Assembly: GCA_965237675.1 (NCBI GenBank)
Contig: OZ250150.1
Coordinates: 2,784,001 to 2,848,000 of the forward strand
Direction: 5' to 3'
From: Candidatus Latescibacterota bacterium
GTDB taxonomy: Bacteria > Latescibacterota > UBA2968 > GCA-2709665
DNA: 64,000 nt
The translations under genes were made by a program, and so were the position numbers. Below the pieces are notes generated by a model that saw only the letters and a list, made by a program, of their open reading frames with translations, made no database searches and was not told the origin of the DNA. Shown here in pieces: positions 19,214 through 30,449 of this stretch (position 1 is its first letter; each line of letters begins with the position of its first letter).

Positions 19214-21124
19214 TCAGGGTCCGTTTGCGTTGATAGAGTCGAATGTCTGCAGTTTGCGCCGAATGGCTTCGTTGTCGGGATGGAGATCAACCGCCCTCTG
19301 CCAGTGCACGAGCGCTTCTTCTACGTTGCCGAGGGCCTGCGCGGCATCACCGACATGATCCAGAATAACCGATAGGTTCTCGCGCTGACCTGGCGTTCGG
19401 TCTTCCAATGCGATCTTTTCCAGCCTGCTTTCTTCCGCTTTCAGTGCCAGCTTGAGATAATTCATGGCATCATCGTACCGCTGCTGCTGGAAATATACCC
19501 ACCCCATGCTATCCAGGTACGCGCCATTTTTCGGATCGCCGCGCAGGGCCCGTTCAATATAGTCTTCCGCTTCACTGAGGCGAACGCCTTTTTCCGCGAA
19601 CATATATCCCAGATAGTTCAATGCCTGATGGTTGTTGGGCGCCCGGGCAAGCAGGTATTGAAATATGGCAACAGCGCTATCGAAACGTCCTGCACGCTCG
19701 TAACTGTGTCCCAGGTCGTAAAGCACTTCATCCAGGAGTTCCGTGTCGTCGCCCAGGCGAGTCTTCAGCCGTTCAAGAGTGGGAATCGCCTCTTCCCAGT
19801 TTTTCTCGGCCAGATAAGTACGGCCAATAGCCAGATGATACCGAAGTTCCTCTGGCCGGGCGCTTAGGGCATGGTTGTAGACGACTCTCGCCTGTTCCGG
19901 GCGGTTGGTGATCGCGTAAGTCCCTCCGAGGTCAAATACGACCTGGGAAAACAGGTCGGATTCCGTCGGCGTTCCGTGGAAGAGTCCATCAAGAATCTCG
20001 ATGGCGGGGTCCCAATCCCGTTCTTTCAGATAGGTATGCGCTACGCCCAGTCGATACCTTGGATCGGGCTCAAGCGATATCGCCTGGCTAAAGATACGTC
20101 GGGCTTCTTCGGGGCGGTCGGTGAAGAGTAGCAGCGACGCCTTCCGGCCAAGCAGGTCGTGTCGTTCCGGCATTTCAGGGATGAGGCGGTTCAGAAGGGT
20201 TTCCGTATGTCTATAGCGGCGCGTGGCCAGACCGCTTTCGGGCCCCGGACGTGGAATGCTCCCCGGGAGATATGTGGACAATCGGTCCAGAAAAAGCGTA
20301 TCCAGGGGCGTCTCCGAGATCAGGGATTCCACGTGGTCGTCACGATCGTAGATCGCAATGAGCTTCTCCCAGAGCGCGCGGGTCGTCTTATTAAAACGGT
20401 GTTGAAAATGGGTCAGACCGGAACGATAGACGGCGGCGGCTTCCAGGGTGTCGCCCGTAGCAAGCGTCAGGTCGCCGAGGCGATTCCAGATTTGCACCTG
20501 TTCCGGATCGCGATGCAGGATGCGGCGGTAGATGCCGGCTGCCTTCCGGGGCAGATTCAGACGCTGATACCCGTCGGCGATCAACAGATCGTGCCGGATG
20601 TTCGGAGCAGGCACGGTTGCGGCCCGATCCAGCACGCGGAGGACGTCCTGACGCTGCCCTTTGGTCGTGTAGATCTGGAGCAGGTGGGTATGGGCCCTAA
20701 AATCCGCGGGATTCAGACGGGCGATGGCTTCAAGCTGAGCCGTCGCCAGGAGCGTATCCCGGTGCCCTTTGATCAGGGTGTGATAAAGTAGCCATCGATG
20801 GGCGGGCGCCCCGGGTTCCAACTGCACGGCTTTTCGTGCATTTTCACCGGCTTCTGCAATCCGGTTCAACGAGATCAGATTGTGGGCAAGCGAGCTGTAC
20901 AGGGTGGCCGCAGTCGAGTCGATGGCAATGGCCGCCCTTAGCGCCTCTGTGGCCTCTTCAATTCGCCCTGTAAGTTCGAACCGTTTGGCGTCTATGAAAT
21001 GACCCATCGCTTGGGGATTGGGGCCGTGCGGTTGCGGCGGCGGACGATCGACGGCCTGGCGGGAAGCAGCGCACCCCGCGAGGCCGGTCAGAAGGAACAG
21101 GTAGAAAATTGGACGCGTTTTCAT
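19214..21124 (-). CDS. TPR-repeat lipoprotein
   Basis: LLTGLAGC lipobox; multiple TPRs including ALNYLGYMFAE...GAYLDSMGWVYF. Confidence 0.85.
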   Translation of the reverse strand: MKTRPIFYLFLLTGLAGCAASRQAVDRPPPQPHGPNPQAMGHFIDAKRFELTGRIEEATEALRAAIAIDSTAATLYSSLAHNLISLNRIAEAGENARKAVQLEPGAPAHRWLLYHTLIKGHRDTLLATAQLEAIARLNPADFRAHTHLLQIYTTKGQRQDVLRVLDRAATVPAPNIRHDLLIADGYQRLNLPRKAAGIYRRILHRDPEQVQIWNRLGDLTLATGDTLEAAAVYRSGLTHFQHRFNKTTRALWEKLIAIYDRDDHVESLISETPLDTLFLDRLSTYLPGSIPRPGPESGLATRRYRHTETLLNRLIPEMPERHDLLGRKASLLLFTDRPEEARRIFSQAISLEPDPRYRLGVAHTYLKERDWDPAIEILDGLFHGTPTESDLFSQVVFDLGGTYAITNRPEQARVVYNHALSARPEELRYHLAIGRTYLAEKNWEEAIPTLERLKTRLGDDTELLDEVLYDLGHSYERAGRFDSAVAIFQYLLARAPNNHQALNYLGYMFAEKGVRLSEAEDYIERALRGDPKNGAYLDSMGWVYFQQQRYDDAMNYLKLALKAEESRLEKIALEDRTPGQRENLSVILDHVGDAAQALGNVEEALVHWQRAVDLHPDNEAIRRKLQTFDSINANGP

Positions 21125-21210
21125 AATTGACGATGGAAATCCGGAGGAATGGCGGACGGGCTCGCGGAGCCGCCGCGTGTGAGGTGATACAGATGTTTTT
21201 GCGATCCGGA

Positions 21211-22623
21211 TCAAAAAAGGTTGCCCGCTCGTTTTTCCAGTAGCAGCTTGCCGGTTTCGTTCTCAATGGGGATCGGGTAGTCTTGCGTAAAACACGCCGT
21301 GCAATACTGTAGAGACGAATTGGGGGCTACGCTGAGCATGCCGTCCAGAGAGAGATAACCCAGGCTGTCGACGCCGAGGTGTTCGCGGATCTCCTCCACG
21401 GTTTTCGCGCTGGCGATCAGTTCCTTCTTGGTCTGAAAGTCAATGCCGTAAAAACAGGGACCGACAATCGGAGGGCAACTCACGCGCACGTGAACCTGAC
21501 GGGCGCCGGCTTCCCGTAACATTCGAACCAGGTGTCGAAGGGTTGTGCCTCGAACGATGGAGTCTTCGACGACGACCACCCGTTTTCCGTTCAGAACACC
21601 CCGAACCGGGTTGAACTTGAGGCGAACCTTGGACGAACGACTGTCCTGTCCGGGCGTAATAAAAGTGCGTCCGACGTAGTGGTTTCGAATAAGGCCGATT
21701 TCGTGTTTGATTCCGGATTGGTTGGCATAGCCCAGCGTCGCGGTATTGCTGGAGTCCGGCACGGATATCACGATATCTGCGGTGGCAGGTTGTTCAATGG
21801 CCAACTGTCTGCCGAGCCGGCGCCGGGTCTTGTCGACGTTGTCGCCAAAGATGATGCTGTCAGGTCGCGAGAAGTATATGTATTCGAAGATGCAGAACGC
21901 GTGCCGTTCGGCTTCGGTGGTTGTGAATGCGCGGAGACCGTTCGCGTCTATCATGACGAGTTCACCGGGCTCGATGTCGCGAATATAACGTGCCGAGATG
22001 ATGTCCAGCGCGCATGATTCGGAGGCGACAATCCAGGCATCACCGAGCTTGCCCAGGCACAGCGGACGGAATCCGTAGGGATCCCGGGCGGCAAAGAGCC
22101 GGTTTTCCGTGGCCATGACAAGCGAATACGCGCCTTCGATCTGCAGGAGAGCGCTGGTGATACGTTCGGCCATCTTTTCTTCTCTCGACCTGGCGACGAG
22201 ATGGAGAATCAGTTCGCTGTCCGTGGTTGTTTGAAAGATGGCGCCGTCGTTCTGCATCCGGCTGCGGAGTTCGACTGTATTGGTGAGGTTGCCGTTGTGC
22301 CCGACGGCAAGAAAGGCGTCCCGGCATTCAGCCAGAAAAGGCTGGGCGTTGATGAGCGTGTTCGAACCTGTTGTGGAATACCGATTGTGTCCGATGGCCA
22401 GGTGGCCCGGCAGCCGGCCCAGCACGCCGACATCGGAGAACACATCGGCTACATGCCCCATTTCGGCGTGGCGAAATAGATACTCACCGTTGCCGGAAAC
22501 AATGCCGCTGCTTTCCTCTCCGCGGTGCTGGAGGGCATGCAGGCCCAGCGTGGTGAGTTTCGCCGCATCGTTATTCCCATATATGCCGAAGATGCCGCAA
22601 AAGTGTTTGACGTGTTGGTCCAT
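21211..22623 (-). CDS. purF: Amidophosphoribosyltransferase
   Basis: Short propeptide then CGIFG; LQHRGEES, HNRYST, VVVEDSIVRGTT, YCTACF. Confidence 0.97.
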   Translation of the reverse strand: MDQHVKHFCGIFGIYGNNDAAKLTTLGLHALQHRGEESSGIVSGNGEYLFRHAEMGHVADVFSDVGVLGRLPGHLAIGHNRYSTTGSNTLINAQPFLAECRDAFLAVGHNGNLTNTVELRSRMQNDGAIFQTTTDSELILHLVARSREEKMAERITSALLQIEGAYSLVMATENRLFAARDPYGFRPLCLGKLGDAWIVASESCALDIISARYIRDIEPGELVMIDANGLRAFTTTEAERHAFCIFEYIYFSRPDSIIFGDNVDKTRRRLGRQLAIEQPATADIVISVPDSSNTATLGYANQSGIKHEIGLIRNHYVGRTFITPGQDSRSSKVRLKFNPVRGVLNGKRVVVVEDSIVRGTTLRHLVRMLREAGARQVHVRVSCPPIVGPCFYGIDFQTKKELIASAKTVEEIREHLGVDSLGYLSLDGMLSVAPNSSLQYCTACFTQDYPIPIENETGKLLLEKRAGNLF

Positions 22624-22855
22624 CGCCCCTCCTGGTCGGGGATGTGTGAGTTGAATGTGCTCGGACGAACTGCAATTGCGCAGAAGGGTTGGCAGGCCAC
22701 CCGCTGGAGGCCCGCTGCGTTGCGTGAGAATCCTGGCGGGCCAGGGCGCCGCATCGTCGTTCGGGATCCGAGCCGGTGAAATCTCCCGGGCCACGTCTCA
22801 TGCCGGGCAGTCCGAAAGACCCACCCGACCAGGGGAGCACGCGCAACCGGAACCG

Positions 22856-25021
22856 TCAGTGCCTGCGTCGTCGGCGTTTTCCGGGTTTCGTTCTCCGGCG
22901 GCTGTCCCTTTCCGGCGTGGAACCGCCTTCTTGCAACAGAAAATCAAGCCGGCGGAATCTCCGGTCCGCCCGTGCAAGCTGAACCACCACGGGGTCGCCC
23001 AACCGGAACCGCCTGCCGGAACGTTCTCCAGTCAAAGCGCCCTCGATTTCGTGGTAGACGTAGTAATCGTCTCCCAGTGTACTGACTCTGACGAGTCCGT
23101 CGATCAAAAAATCGTCGAGCTGTGCAAAGAAACCAATGGGCCGGACACCAACGATTACGGCGTTGAAGGCGTCGCCGACGCGGTCTTCCAGAAAACGGAT
23201 CTGTTTGACTTTGATGGACGCACGTTCCGCCTCCTGAGCGACGGTTTCCCGGCTGGTTGCCAGGCCGCCGAGCGTGGGCAGTCGTTCCCTGAGCCCGTCC
23301 TTCTGTTCTTCGGTCAATCCGCCGGCTTCCTTCAACAGGCGGTGAACCAGCAGGTCCGGGTAGCGACGAATGGGGGAGGTGAAGTGGGTGTAGGTGTCAC
23401 AGGCAAGGCCGAAATGGCCGATATTGTCGGGAGAGTAGACGGCTTTTTTCATGGACCGCAGCAGCCACGCATTCAGTACCTGGCCGGACGGCTTTCCTTC
23501 AACCGCGGCCAGAAACTTCTGAATGTCGGTGGGTGTGATCCGATCCCGGCGTGGAAACCCGAACCCGAAGGCGGCGGCCGTGTTTGCAAAATCCGCGAGT
23601 TTTTGCGCGTCCGGCCTTTCATGCACCCGGTACAGGCCGGGCAGAGTCCGGTCTCGCAGATGGCTGGCCACGGTTTCATTGGCGAGCAGCATGAACTCTT
23701 CGATGATACGGTGACTGTCCAGGCGTTCGCTTTTCCGAATCGCGGTGACATTGCCCTCGGGGTCCAAGACGATATGCGGTTCGGCAATGTTGAAATCAAT
23801 CGCGCCCCGTTTTATCCGGCGGCGGGTGATACGCCTGCGCAGGTTGTCCATCTTCCGCACGAGGGCGGCGTGGGGGGGCGCCTTGGACGATCCGTTTCCG
23901 TCCAGAAACTTCTGGGCTTGCCGGTAGGACAGTTTTGCCCGGCTCCGGACCAGGGACGGTGCGATCTCCGTCTTCAGTGCACGGCCGTTCGAATCCAGAT
24001 CGATAATGACGCTGACGGCGAGCCGGTCCTTTCCGGGAAGAAGGGAGCACAGATTGGCGGACAGGCGCTCCGGCAGCATGGGAATGACCCGGTCGGCGAG
24101 ATACACGCTGGTTCCCCGCGTGAGGGCCTCATGGTCCAGGGGGCTTCCTTCCTTAACATAGTAGCCGACGTCGGCAATGTGTACGCCCAACCGGCATCCG
24201 CCTCCCGGTCGATCTTCCAACGAGACGGCGTCGTCGTGGTCCCGGGCGTCTTCCGGATCGATGGTAACGCACAGGAGATGGCGAAGGTCCAGCCGGTTAC
24301 GAATCTCCAATTCAGGGGCGTGATCTGGAAATTCCTCTGCGGCTTCGAGCACGTGCGGGGGAAACTCGATGGGCAGGCCGTACTCTTTCACGACGGAAAG
24401 GGTATCGATGCCGGGGTCGTCGGGGTGTCCCAGGACTTCGACGACCTCGCCTTCGGGATCGGGATTTCCCGGGAGCCAGGATCGGAGGCGGGCAACGACC
24501 ACCTGGCCGTCCCGTGCCCCTCCGGCATCGGCGGGGGAGACGTAGACATCTCTGAGAATTCGGGGATCGTCCGGTTCTACGAGGCCAAAGCGGGTTCCGG
24601 CGCGATAAATTCCCAAAACGCTTCTGGCGCCGCGTTCCAGCACGCGGACGATCTCGCCTTCGGGTTTGCCGCCGGCCCTGCGCGAGACCCGGGCCACGAC
24701 GCGGTCGCCATGCAACGCGCCGCGCAGGCCGCCAGCCCCGATGAAGATGTCCGGGTTTCCTTCATCGGGGCAGACAAATCCGAATCCGTCGGGGTTAACG
24801 CTGAGTCGACCCGTGACGAGGTTGAGCCTGCCGGGAGGTCCTAAGCGGTTGTTGCGCTGCCTGACAATGACACCTTCCCGTTCGAGTTGGACGAGCAGGC
24901 GTCGAAAACGCCGGTAGTCTTTTTCGGGTACCCTCAACGCCCGGCTCAGCTCGCGAGGTTTGAGCGGGCGAACCGTTTCTTTGCTGATATAAGCCAGAAC
25001 CCGGTCACGGGTTATGGGCAT
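22856..25021 (-). CDS. rnr: Ribonuclease R
   Basis: N-terminal HTH and CSDs, TIDPEDARDHDDA, HIADV, YTHFTSPIRRYPDL, S1 domain and basic tail. Confidence 0.97.
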   Translation of the reverse strand: MPITRDRVLAYISKETVRPLKPRELSRALRVPEKDYRRFRRLLVQLEREGVIVRQRNNRLGPPGRLNLVTGRLSVNPDGFGFVCPDEGNPDIFIGAGGLRGALHGDRVVARVSRRAGGKPEGEIVRVLERGARSVLGIYRAGTRFGLVEPDDPRILRDVYVSPADAGGARDGQVVVARLRSWLPGNPDPEGEVVEVLGHPDDPGIDTLSVVKEYGLPIEFPPHVLEAAEEFPDHAPELEIRNRLDLRHLLCVTIDPEDARDHDDAVSLEDRPGGGCRLGVHIADVGYYVKEGSPLDHEALTRGTSVYLADRVIPMLPERLSANLCSLLPGKDRLAVSVIIDLDSNGRALKTEIAPSLVRSRAKLSYRQAQKFLDGNGSSKAPPHAALVRKMDNLRRRITRRRIKRGAIDFNIAEPHIVLDPEGNVTAIRKSERLDSHRIIEEFMLLANETVASHLRDRTLPGLYRVHERPDAQKLADFANTAAAFGFGFPRRDRITPTDIQKFLAAVEGKPSGQVLNAWLLRSMKKAVYSPDNIGHFGLACDTYTHFTSPIRRYPDLLVHRLLKEAGGLTEEQKDGLRERLPTLGGLATSRETVAQEAERASIKVKQIRFLEDRVGDAFNAVIVGVRPIGFFAQLDDFLIDGLVRVSTLGDDYYVYHEIEGALTGERSGRRFRLGDPVVVQLARADRRFRRLDFLLQEGGSTPERDSRRRTKPGKRRRRRH

Positions 25022-25439
25022 GGCGAGTTTCCATCCCGGGCGCGGGAGATCCTGAAACCATCCTGAGGGGTCGGTGCCATCGCTATTCTCTTGATGCAGG
25101 CAGGTAAATTCCTTACGTTTGAGCGGCCGATTGAGTTCGTATTTAATATATAGGTTGGCGCCAGGAAAACCAAAAACAAAAGGGCACGAAGGTAGCAAAT
25201 ATCCATAAAAACAGAATCAGGTTGTGGTGCGGTTGAACCGGGTTGTTCGTGTCTTGAGTTCAGCGACAGGCGATTCGACCCTTCGATGCCCGGTTCAGGC
25301 GGGTCCGGAAGAGCCCGGCGCAGGCCTCCAATCCATACCCCCGATGTCGCGCGTGCTTGCCGTGGGGGCCCCTTGGTCCAGTTTCCGATATCTTGTGACA
25401 GTCCGATAATCCAGTCAACTTTTCCGAAGGAGATTCGTT

Positions 25440-25901
25440 ATGAGACGTCTGGTTCCGGCAATTCTCCTCCCGCTCTTTCTGCTTGCTTCGCGTGGGTCGA
25501 CGTTTGCGCACTGTGAAATTCCCTGTGGGATCTATGGCGACGAGGCCAGGTTCTCGGCCATTGCCGAGAATTTGAAGACCATTGAGAAGTCAATGAATCA
25601 GATCGTCCAGCTTTCGGCCGATGCCGGCAAGAATATGAATCAGCTGGTGCGATGGGTGAATAACAAGGAAAAACACGCGGACGACATTCGTGAGATTGTG
25701 GCCCAGTATTTCCTGGCGCAGCGCATCAAGACGCCCGAGGGCGACGATCCGTCCGCGCGTCAGGCCTATTCGGAGAAGCTGGCATTGCTCCATCAAATGA
25801 TCGTTTCGGCGATGAAATGCAAGCAGACCACCGACCCTGCCCACGTGAAGAAATCAAAGGAACTGTTGCAGGCGTTCCAGGCGCTGTACAATCAGAAATG
25901 A
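25440..25901 (+). CDS. sodN: Nickel superoxide dismutase with Sec-type leader
   Basis: Ni-hook HCEIPCGIY immediately after a hydrophobic leader; C-terminal AMKCKQTTD. Confidence 0.9.
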   Translation: MRRLVPAILLPLFLLASRGSTFAHCEIPCGIYGDEARFSAIAENLKTIEKSMNQIVQLSADAGKNMNQLVRWVNNKEKHADDIREIVAQYFLAQRIKTPEGDDPSARQAYSEKLALLHQMIVSAMKCKQTTDPAHVKKSKELLQAFQALYNQK

Positions 25902-25945
25902 AGGGTCGCGGGCTCTTTTCGCCCTGAATCCGCGAGAAATTCCAA

Positions 25946-25978
25946 ACCGGGTCTTCCGAGGAAGGCCCGGTATTTTTT
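25946..25978 (+). terminator. Intrinsic terminator after sodN
   Basis: ACCGGGTCTTCC-GA-GGAAGGCCCGGT followed by T6. Confidence 0.7.
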
Positions 25979-25999
25979 CTTGTAACAGCCAAATTTTCC

Positions 26000-26028
26000 T
26001 TGCCAAGAATATCCAAGTTTGATATATT
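26000..26028 (+). promoter_or_regulatory. Sigma70-type promoter of groESL
   Basis: TTGCCA-17 bp-TATATT just upstream of CIRCE. Confidence 0.6.
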
Positions 26029-26037
26029 GGTTGACTG

Positions 26038-26064
26038 TTAGCACTCATCAAGCCAGAGTGCTAA
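26038..26064 (+). promoter_or_regulatory. CIRCE element (HrcA operator)
   Basis: TTAGCACTC-N9-GAGTGCTAA perfect consensus upstream of groES. Confidence 0.97.
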
Positions 26065-26137
26065 CAGCGACGTTAAGCATTTAAAATCAATAAATTTAAC
26101 GCCGATCCCGGCTCATTTTTTCAAGGAGGTTAGAGAC

Positions 26138-26434
26138 ATGGCAGTCAAGGTGAAACCGCTGGGAGATCGTGTGCTGGTCAGGCCCCAGGAAGAAGAAGAG
26201 CAGGTGAAGGGTGGCATCATTATTCCTGACACGGCAAAAGAAAAGCCTCAGCGCGGTGAAGTCGTGGCCGTCGGAGATGGTAAACTGGACGATTCCGGCA
26301 ACAGGATCGCGCCGTCCGTGTCATCCGGCGACGTGGTGCTTTACGGAAAATATTCCGGCACGGAGATACGGCTGGACGACGAGGATCATCTCATTATGTC
26401 AGAGAGCGATATCCTGGCGATTATTGAAGACTAA
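26138..26434 (+). CDS. groES: Co-chaperonin GroES
   Basis: [28 protein letters not shown]. Confidence 0.99.
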   Translation: MAVKVKPLGDRVLVRPQEEEEQVKGGIIIPDTAKEKPQRGEVVAVGDGKLDDSGNRIAPSVSSGDVVLYGKYSGTEIRLDDEDHLIMSESDILAIIED

Positions 26435-26473
26435 TGCGATTCCTTAATTCAAAGATACGTCAAGGAGGACGAT

Positions 26474-28096
26474 ATGCCGAAGCAGCTTGAATTCGATGTT
26501 GCGGCCAGAGATGCGCTGAAGCGTGGCGTGGATCAACTGGCCGCGGCCGTTAAGGTAACGTTGGGCCCAAAGGGCCGGAACGTGGTGCTGGACAAGAAGT
26601 TCGGATCCCCCACGGTCACCAAGGACGGCGTGACGGTAGCCAAGGAAATCGAACTGAAAGATCCCTATGAAAATATGGGCGCTCAGATGGTGAAGGAAGT
26701 CGCCTCCAAGACCTCCGACGTGGCAGGCGATGGCACCACGACCGCAACCGTGCTGGCTCAGGCGATCTACACTGAAGGGCTGAAAAACGTGACCGCCGGC
26801 GCCAACCCCATGGACCTGAAGCGGGGCATCGACAAGGCGGTGACAACGGTCGTGAAGGCAATCCATGAAATCAGCAAGCCGGTTGCCGGGCACACGGAAA
26901 TCGCTCAGGTGGCTACGGTTTCCGCCAACAACGATAAGGCAATTGGAGACCTGATTGCCGAAGCCATGGAAAAAGTCGGTAAAGATGGCGTCATTACAGT
27001 GGAAGAGGCGAAATCCATCGAAACCGGGCTGGAAGTGGTGGAAGGCATGCAGTTCGATCGTGGTTATCTGTCGCCTCATTTCGTGACGGATCCGGACAAC
27101 ATGGAAACGGCGCTTGAAGACGCCTATCTGCTGATCCACGACAAGAAGATCTCGGCGATGCGGGATTTGCTGCCGGTTCTGGAAAAAACGGCGCAAACGG
27201 GCAAGCCGTTGCTGATTATTGCCGAAGATATCGAAGGTGAGGCCCTTGCCACGCTGGTTGTAAACAAGATTCGCGGTACGCTGAAGGTGGCGGGGGTCAA
27301 GGCGCCCGGCTTCGGCGACCGGCGCACGGAGATGCTGGAAGATATCGCCATCCTGACGGGCGGCCGCGTGCTGTCCGAAGACGCGGGGTTCAAGCTGGAG
27401 AACGCGACCACGGCGGATTTGGGGCAGGCCAAGCGGATCACGATTGACAAGGACAACACGACAATCGTGGAAGGCGGGGGTGAGTCCGCAGATATCCGCG
27501 GCCGGGTCGGACAGATCCGGCGTCAGATCGACGAGACGACTTCCGACTACGACAGCGAGAAGCTGCAGGAGCGTCTCGCCAAGCTGGCGGGCGGCGTGGC
27601 GGTGGTGAACGTGGGCGCGGCGACGGAGACGGAGATGAAGGAGAAGAAGGCGCGCGTAGAAGACGCGCTGCACGCCACGCGGGCGGCCGTGGAAGAGGGA
27701 ATCGTTCCCGGCGGCGGCGTGGCCTTTCTCCGCGCGATCGCCTCTTTGGATCAGGCCCGGAAAGATGCGCGCGCCGACGAGAAAATCGGCGTGGAAATTG
27801 TCCGACGGGCCCTGGAGGAGCCGCTCCGGCTGATTGCCGATAACGCCGGTGTCGAGGGCGCCATTGTGGTGCAGAAGGTAAACGCCGGTGAGGGCGCTTA
27901 TGGATTTAACGCCGACACCGAGATTTACGAAGACATGATCTCCGCCGGATTGCTGGATCCCACGAAGGTAGCGCGCACGGCGCTGGAGAACGCGGCCAGT
28001 ATTGCCGGGTTGCTCCTGACCACCGAAGCCATCGTGGCGGATATTCCGGAAGAAGAAAAACCTCCGCCAGCGCCTCCGGGCGGCGGGATGTACTAG
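26474..28096 (+). CDS. groEL: Chaperonin GroEL
   Basis: [27 protein letters not shown]. Confidence 0.99.
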   Translation: MPKQLEFDVAARDALKRGVDQLAAAVKVTLGPKGRNVVLDKKFGSPTVTKDGVTVAKEIELKDPYENMGAQMVKEVASKTSDVAGDGTTTATVLAQAIYTEGLKNVTAGANPMDLKRGIDKAVTTVVKAIHEISKPVAGHTEIAQVATVSANNDKAIGDLIAEAMEKVGKDGVITVEEAKSIETGLEVVEGMQFDRGYLSPHFVTDPDNMETALEDAYLLIHDKKISAMRDLLPVLEKTAQTGKPLLIIAEDIEGEALATLVVNKIRGTLKVAGVKAPGFGDRRTEMLEDIAILTGGRVLSEDAGFKLENATTADLGQAKRITIDKDNTTIVEGGGESADIRGRVGQIRRQIDETTSDYDSEKLQERLAKLAGGVAVVNVGAATETEMKEKKARVEDALHATRAAVEEGIVPGGGVAFLRAIASLDQARKDARADEKIGVEIVRRALEEPLRLIADNAGVEGAIVVQKVNAGEGAYGFNADTEIYEDMISAGLLDPTKVARTALENAASIAGLLLTTEAIVADIPEEEKPPPAPPGGGMY

Positions 28097-28131
28097 AAGC
28101 GAAGTTTCCACTCCAGAGCGGAGGTCAGCAC

Positions 28132-28172
28132 AAAAAAAGAAACGCGCCCTGTCCGGGGCGCGTTTCTTTTTT
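28132..28172. terminator. Bidirectional intrinsic terminator between groEL and moeB
   Basis: A7-GAAACGCGCCC...GGGCGCGTTTC-T6. Confidence 0.85.
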
Positions 28173-28194
28173 CAGATGTTGCCGTTCCCGCGTC

Positions 28195-29373
28195 TCAATC
28201 GTCCGCGGCGGCGTGTTGCGTAACGCCGTTACAGAAGGCGACGTAGTCGATGAGCTCCGTCACCTCGGGCTGGTCCCCGCACACCGGGCAGCCGGGGTCG
28301 CGGCGAATTTTAAAGGTACGGAAACTCATGGCAAGCGCATCGTACATGAGCAATCTGCCGATGAGCGGTTCTCCCTGGCCAAGAATGAGCTTGACCACTT
28401 CGGTGGCCTGAATCAGTCCCACGGTGCCCGGAAGTACTCCCAGAACCCCCGCGTCGGCGCAGGAGGGCGCCAGTTCGGCGGGAGGCGGTTCTGGGTAGAG
28501 GCAGCGGTAGCACGGACCCTCCAGATCGCACGGATAGATGGTCACCTGTCCCTCAAAGCGGAATATGCTTCCGTCTACGATGGGCTTGCGCGCGAAAACG
28601 CAGGCGTCGTTCACCATGTAACGCGTGGGAAAGTTGTCGCAGCCGTTCACCACAATGTCGTAGTCCGCGATGATGTCCATCACGTTTTCGGAATTGAGGT
28701 ATTCGACATACGGGACGACCTTGCAGCCGGGATTGAGGTCTTGCAGAGTTTCCCGCGCGGAGATGGCTTTGGGCCGGCCCAGGTCGGATGTGCCGTGAAG
28801 GATCTGGCGCTGGAGGTTGGTGACGTCCACCACATCCGCGTCGACGATCCCCAGGGTGCCGACGCCTGCCGCAGCGAGGTAATAGGCCGCTGGACACCCA
28901 AGGCCGCCGGCGCCGACCATCAGGACCTTTGCCTCCAGCAACTTTCCCTGCCCCTTTTCACCCACTTCGGGCACCAGGAGGTGCCTTGAGTAACGCTGGA
29001 CCTCGGCTTTGGTGAGCGCTCTGTCGCGCTGAACCGGCAGGCCCGCCGCCACCCAGGCGTCGTAGCCGCCCTCGAGGTAGACGACGTTTTCATATCCCAT
29101 ATTCTGCAGGTCTCGCGCCGCCAGTGGCCCCTGGTTCTCGTCACCGTAGACGAGGATGGCGGTTGAGCGGTCGTTCGCCAGGGTTTCGATGCGCAGTTCG
29201 AGAAATCCCCTGGAGAGGTTCTCGGCGCCCGCAATATAACCCAGGGCGTAGTCCTCCCGTTCCCGGACGTCCAGCAGCAGGACGCTGTCCAGCCGCCCCC
29301 GGGCGTCTTCAGGCGAAATGCCCCGGACCTCGCTCCGGACGGTCTCCATAAGGGTTTCAAATGCCGTAATCAT
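28195..29373 (-). CDS. moeB: MoeB/ThiF E1-like adenylyltransferase with N-terminal rhodanese domain
   Basis: RYSRH, VGAGGLG, NLQRQ, CYRC, CPVC; N-terminal DVRE...LEGGYDAW rhodanese fold. Confidence 0.9.
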   Translation of the reverse strand: MITAFETLMETVRSEVRGISPEDARGRLDSVLLLDVREREDYALGYIAGAENLSRGFLELRIETLANDRSTAILVYGDENQGPLAARDLQNMGYENVVYLEGGYDAWVAAGLPVQRDRALTKAEVQRYSRHLLVPEVGEKGQGKLLEAKVLMVGAGGLGCPAAYYLAAAGVGTLGIVDADVVDVTNLQRQILHGTSDLGRPKAISARETLQDLNPGCKVVPYVEYLNSENVMDIIADYDIVVNGCDNFPTRYMVNDACVFARKPIVDGSIFRFEGQVTIYPCDLEGPCYRCLYPEPPPAELAPSCADAGVLGVLPGTVGLIQATEVVKLILGQGEPLIGRLLMYDALAMSFRTFKIRRDPGCPVCGDQPEVTELIDYVAFCNGVTQHAAADD

Positions 29374-29576
29374 AAAATTCCCCCCGGTGCTAAGTGTTTG
29401 AAATCAGGTACTGGTAATGTATCGAATTCCGGCCGGGAACGCAAAATTTAATGTCGAAGTCGGCGGTTGGACGCTGAAGCGATGTGTCCCCTCTCGAATC
29501 GGCCCGATTTTTCTGTTCGGGATTCGGACATTCGGGGCGATGCAACCGAATAGTCGGCGGTCCGTACGCGGACCGG

Positions 29577-30395
29577 TCACGAAATGGTGATTCGAGGTCC
29601 CGGCTGTTCGAAGGCGTCGATCTCTTCCATGATCTTCTTTGCGATTTCCAGGAAGGTCCGCGTCTCATCGGATTCCCGTGCGGCAATCGGATTGCCGGTG
29701 TCGCCGCCTTCGCGAATCGCGGGCAGAATGGGCAGCCGTCCCAGCACCGGGATGTTGAAGTGCATGGCGATCTTGTCGCCGCCGCCATCACCGAAGATTG
29801 GCGCCCGCTCGCCGCAGCAGGGACATATAAAGCCGCTCATGTTTTCGACGGCGCCGAGGATGGGAACGTCTACCTTCCGGAACATCTCGATGCCTCGAGT
29901 GACGTCTTCAAGCGCGACGTCCTGCGGCGTGGTGACAATGACCGCGCCGCTGAGCGGAACGGTTTGCGCCAGGGTGAGTTGGGCATCACCGGTACCAGGC
30001 GGAAGGTCTACAATGAGGTAATCCAGCGCCCCCCAGGCGACGTCGGACATGAACTGCTGGATCATTTTTCCCACAATAGGGCCCCGCCAGATCACGGGTG
30101 TGTCTTCCCCCGCGATAAGTCCGAGAGACATCAGTTTGACGCCGTGGCGTTCAAGCGGGATGATTTTGCCGCTCACCGCCCGCGGTTGATCCGTGGCGCC
30201 CAGCATCATGGGGACGTTGGGGCCGTAGATGTCGGCATCGAGCAGGCCAACGGCCTGACCCTGACGCGCCAGGGCGACGGAGAGATTCACGCTGACGGTG
30301 GTTTTGCCCACGCCGCCCTTGCCGCTGGAAACGGCCACGATATGTTTGACCTCTGGGATGGGCCTTGGTTTCGGCATGCCGGGTGGCATTTGCAT
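29577..30395 (-). CDS. mrp: Mrp/ApbC Fe-S cluster carrier ATPase
   Basis: SGKGGVGKTT, DADIYGP, DLPPGTGD, ENMSGFICPCC. Confidence 0.93.
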   Translation of the reverse strand: MQMPPGMPKPRPIPEVKHIVAVSSGKGGVGKTTVSVNLSVALARQGQAVGLLDADIYGPNVPMMLGATDQPRAVSGKIIPLERHGVKLMSLGLIAGEDTPVIWRGPIVGKMIQQFMSDVAWGALDYLIVDLPPGTGDAQLTLAQTVPLSGAVIVTTPQDVALEDVTRGIEMFRKVDVPILGAVENMSGFICPCCGERAPIFGDGGGDKIAMHFNIPVLGRLPILPAIREGGDTGNPIAARESDETRTFLEIAKKIMEEIDAFEQPGPRITIS

Positions 30396-30449
30396 GGGGT
30401 CGGTCCTTGAAGTGAGTTGAAAGTTGCGTCGTCCGTGTTGTGGAAAGCG

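Noticed and set aside
22655-24844. 729-aa plus-strand ORF
   Set aside because: Antisense shadow of rnr in GC-rich DNA.
26444-28111. 555-aa minus-strand ORF
   Set aside because: Antisense shadow of groEL.
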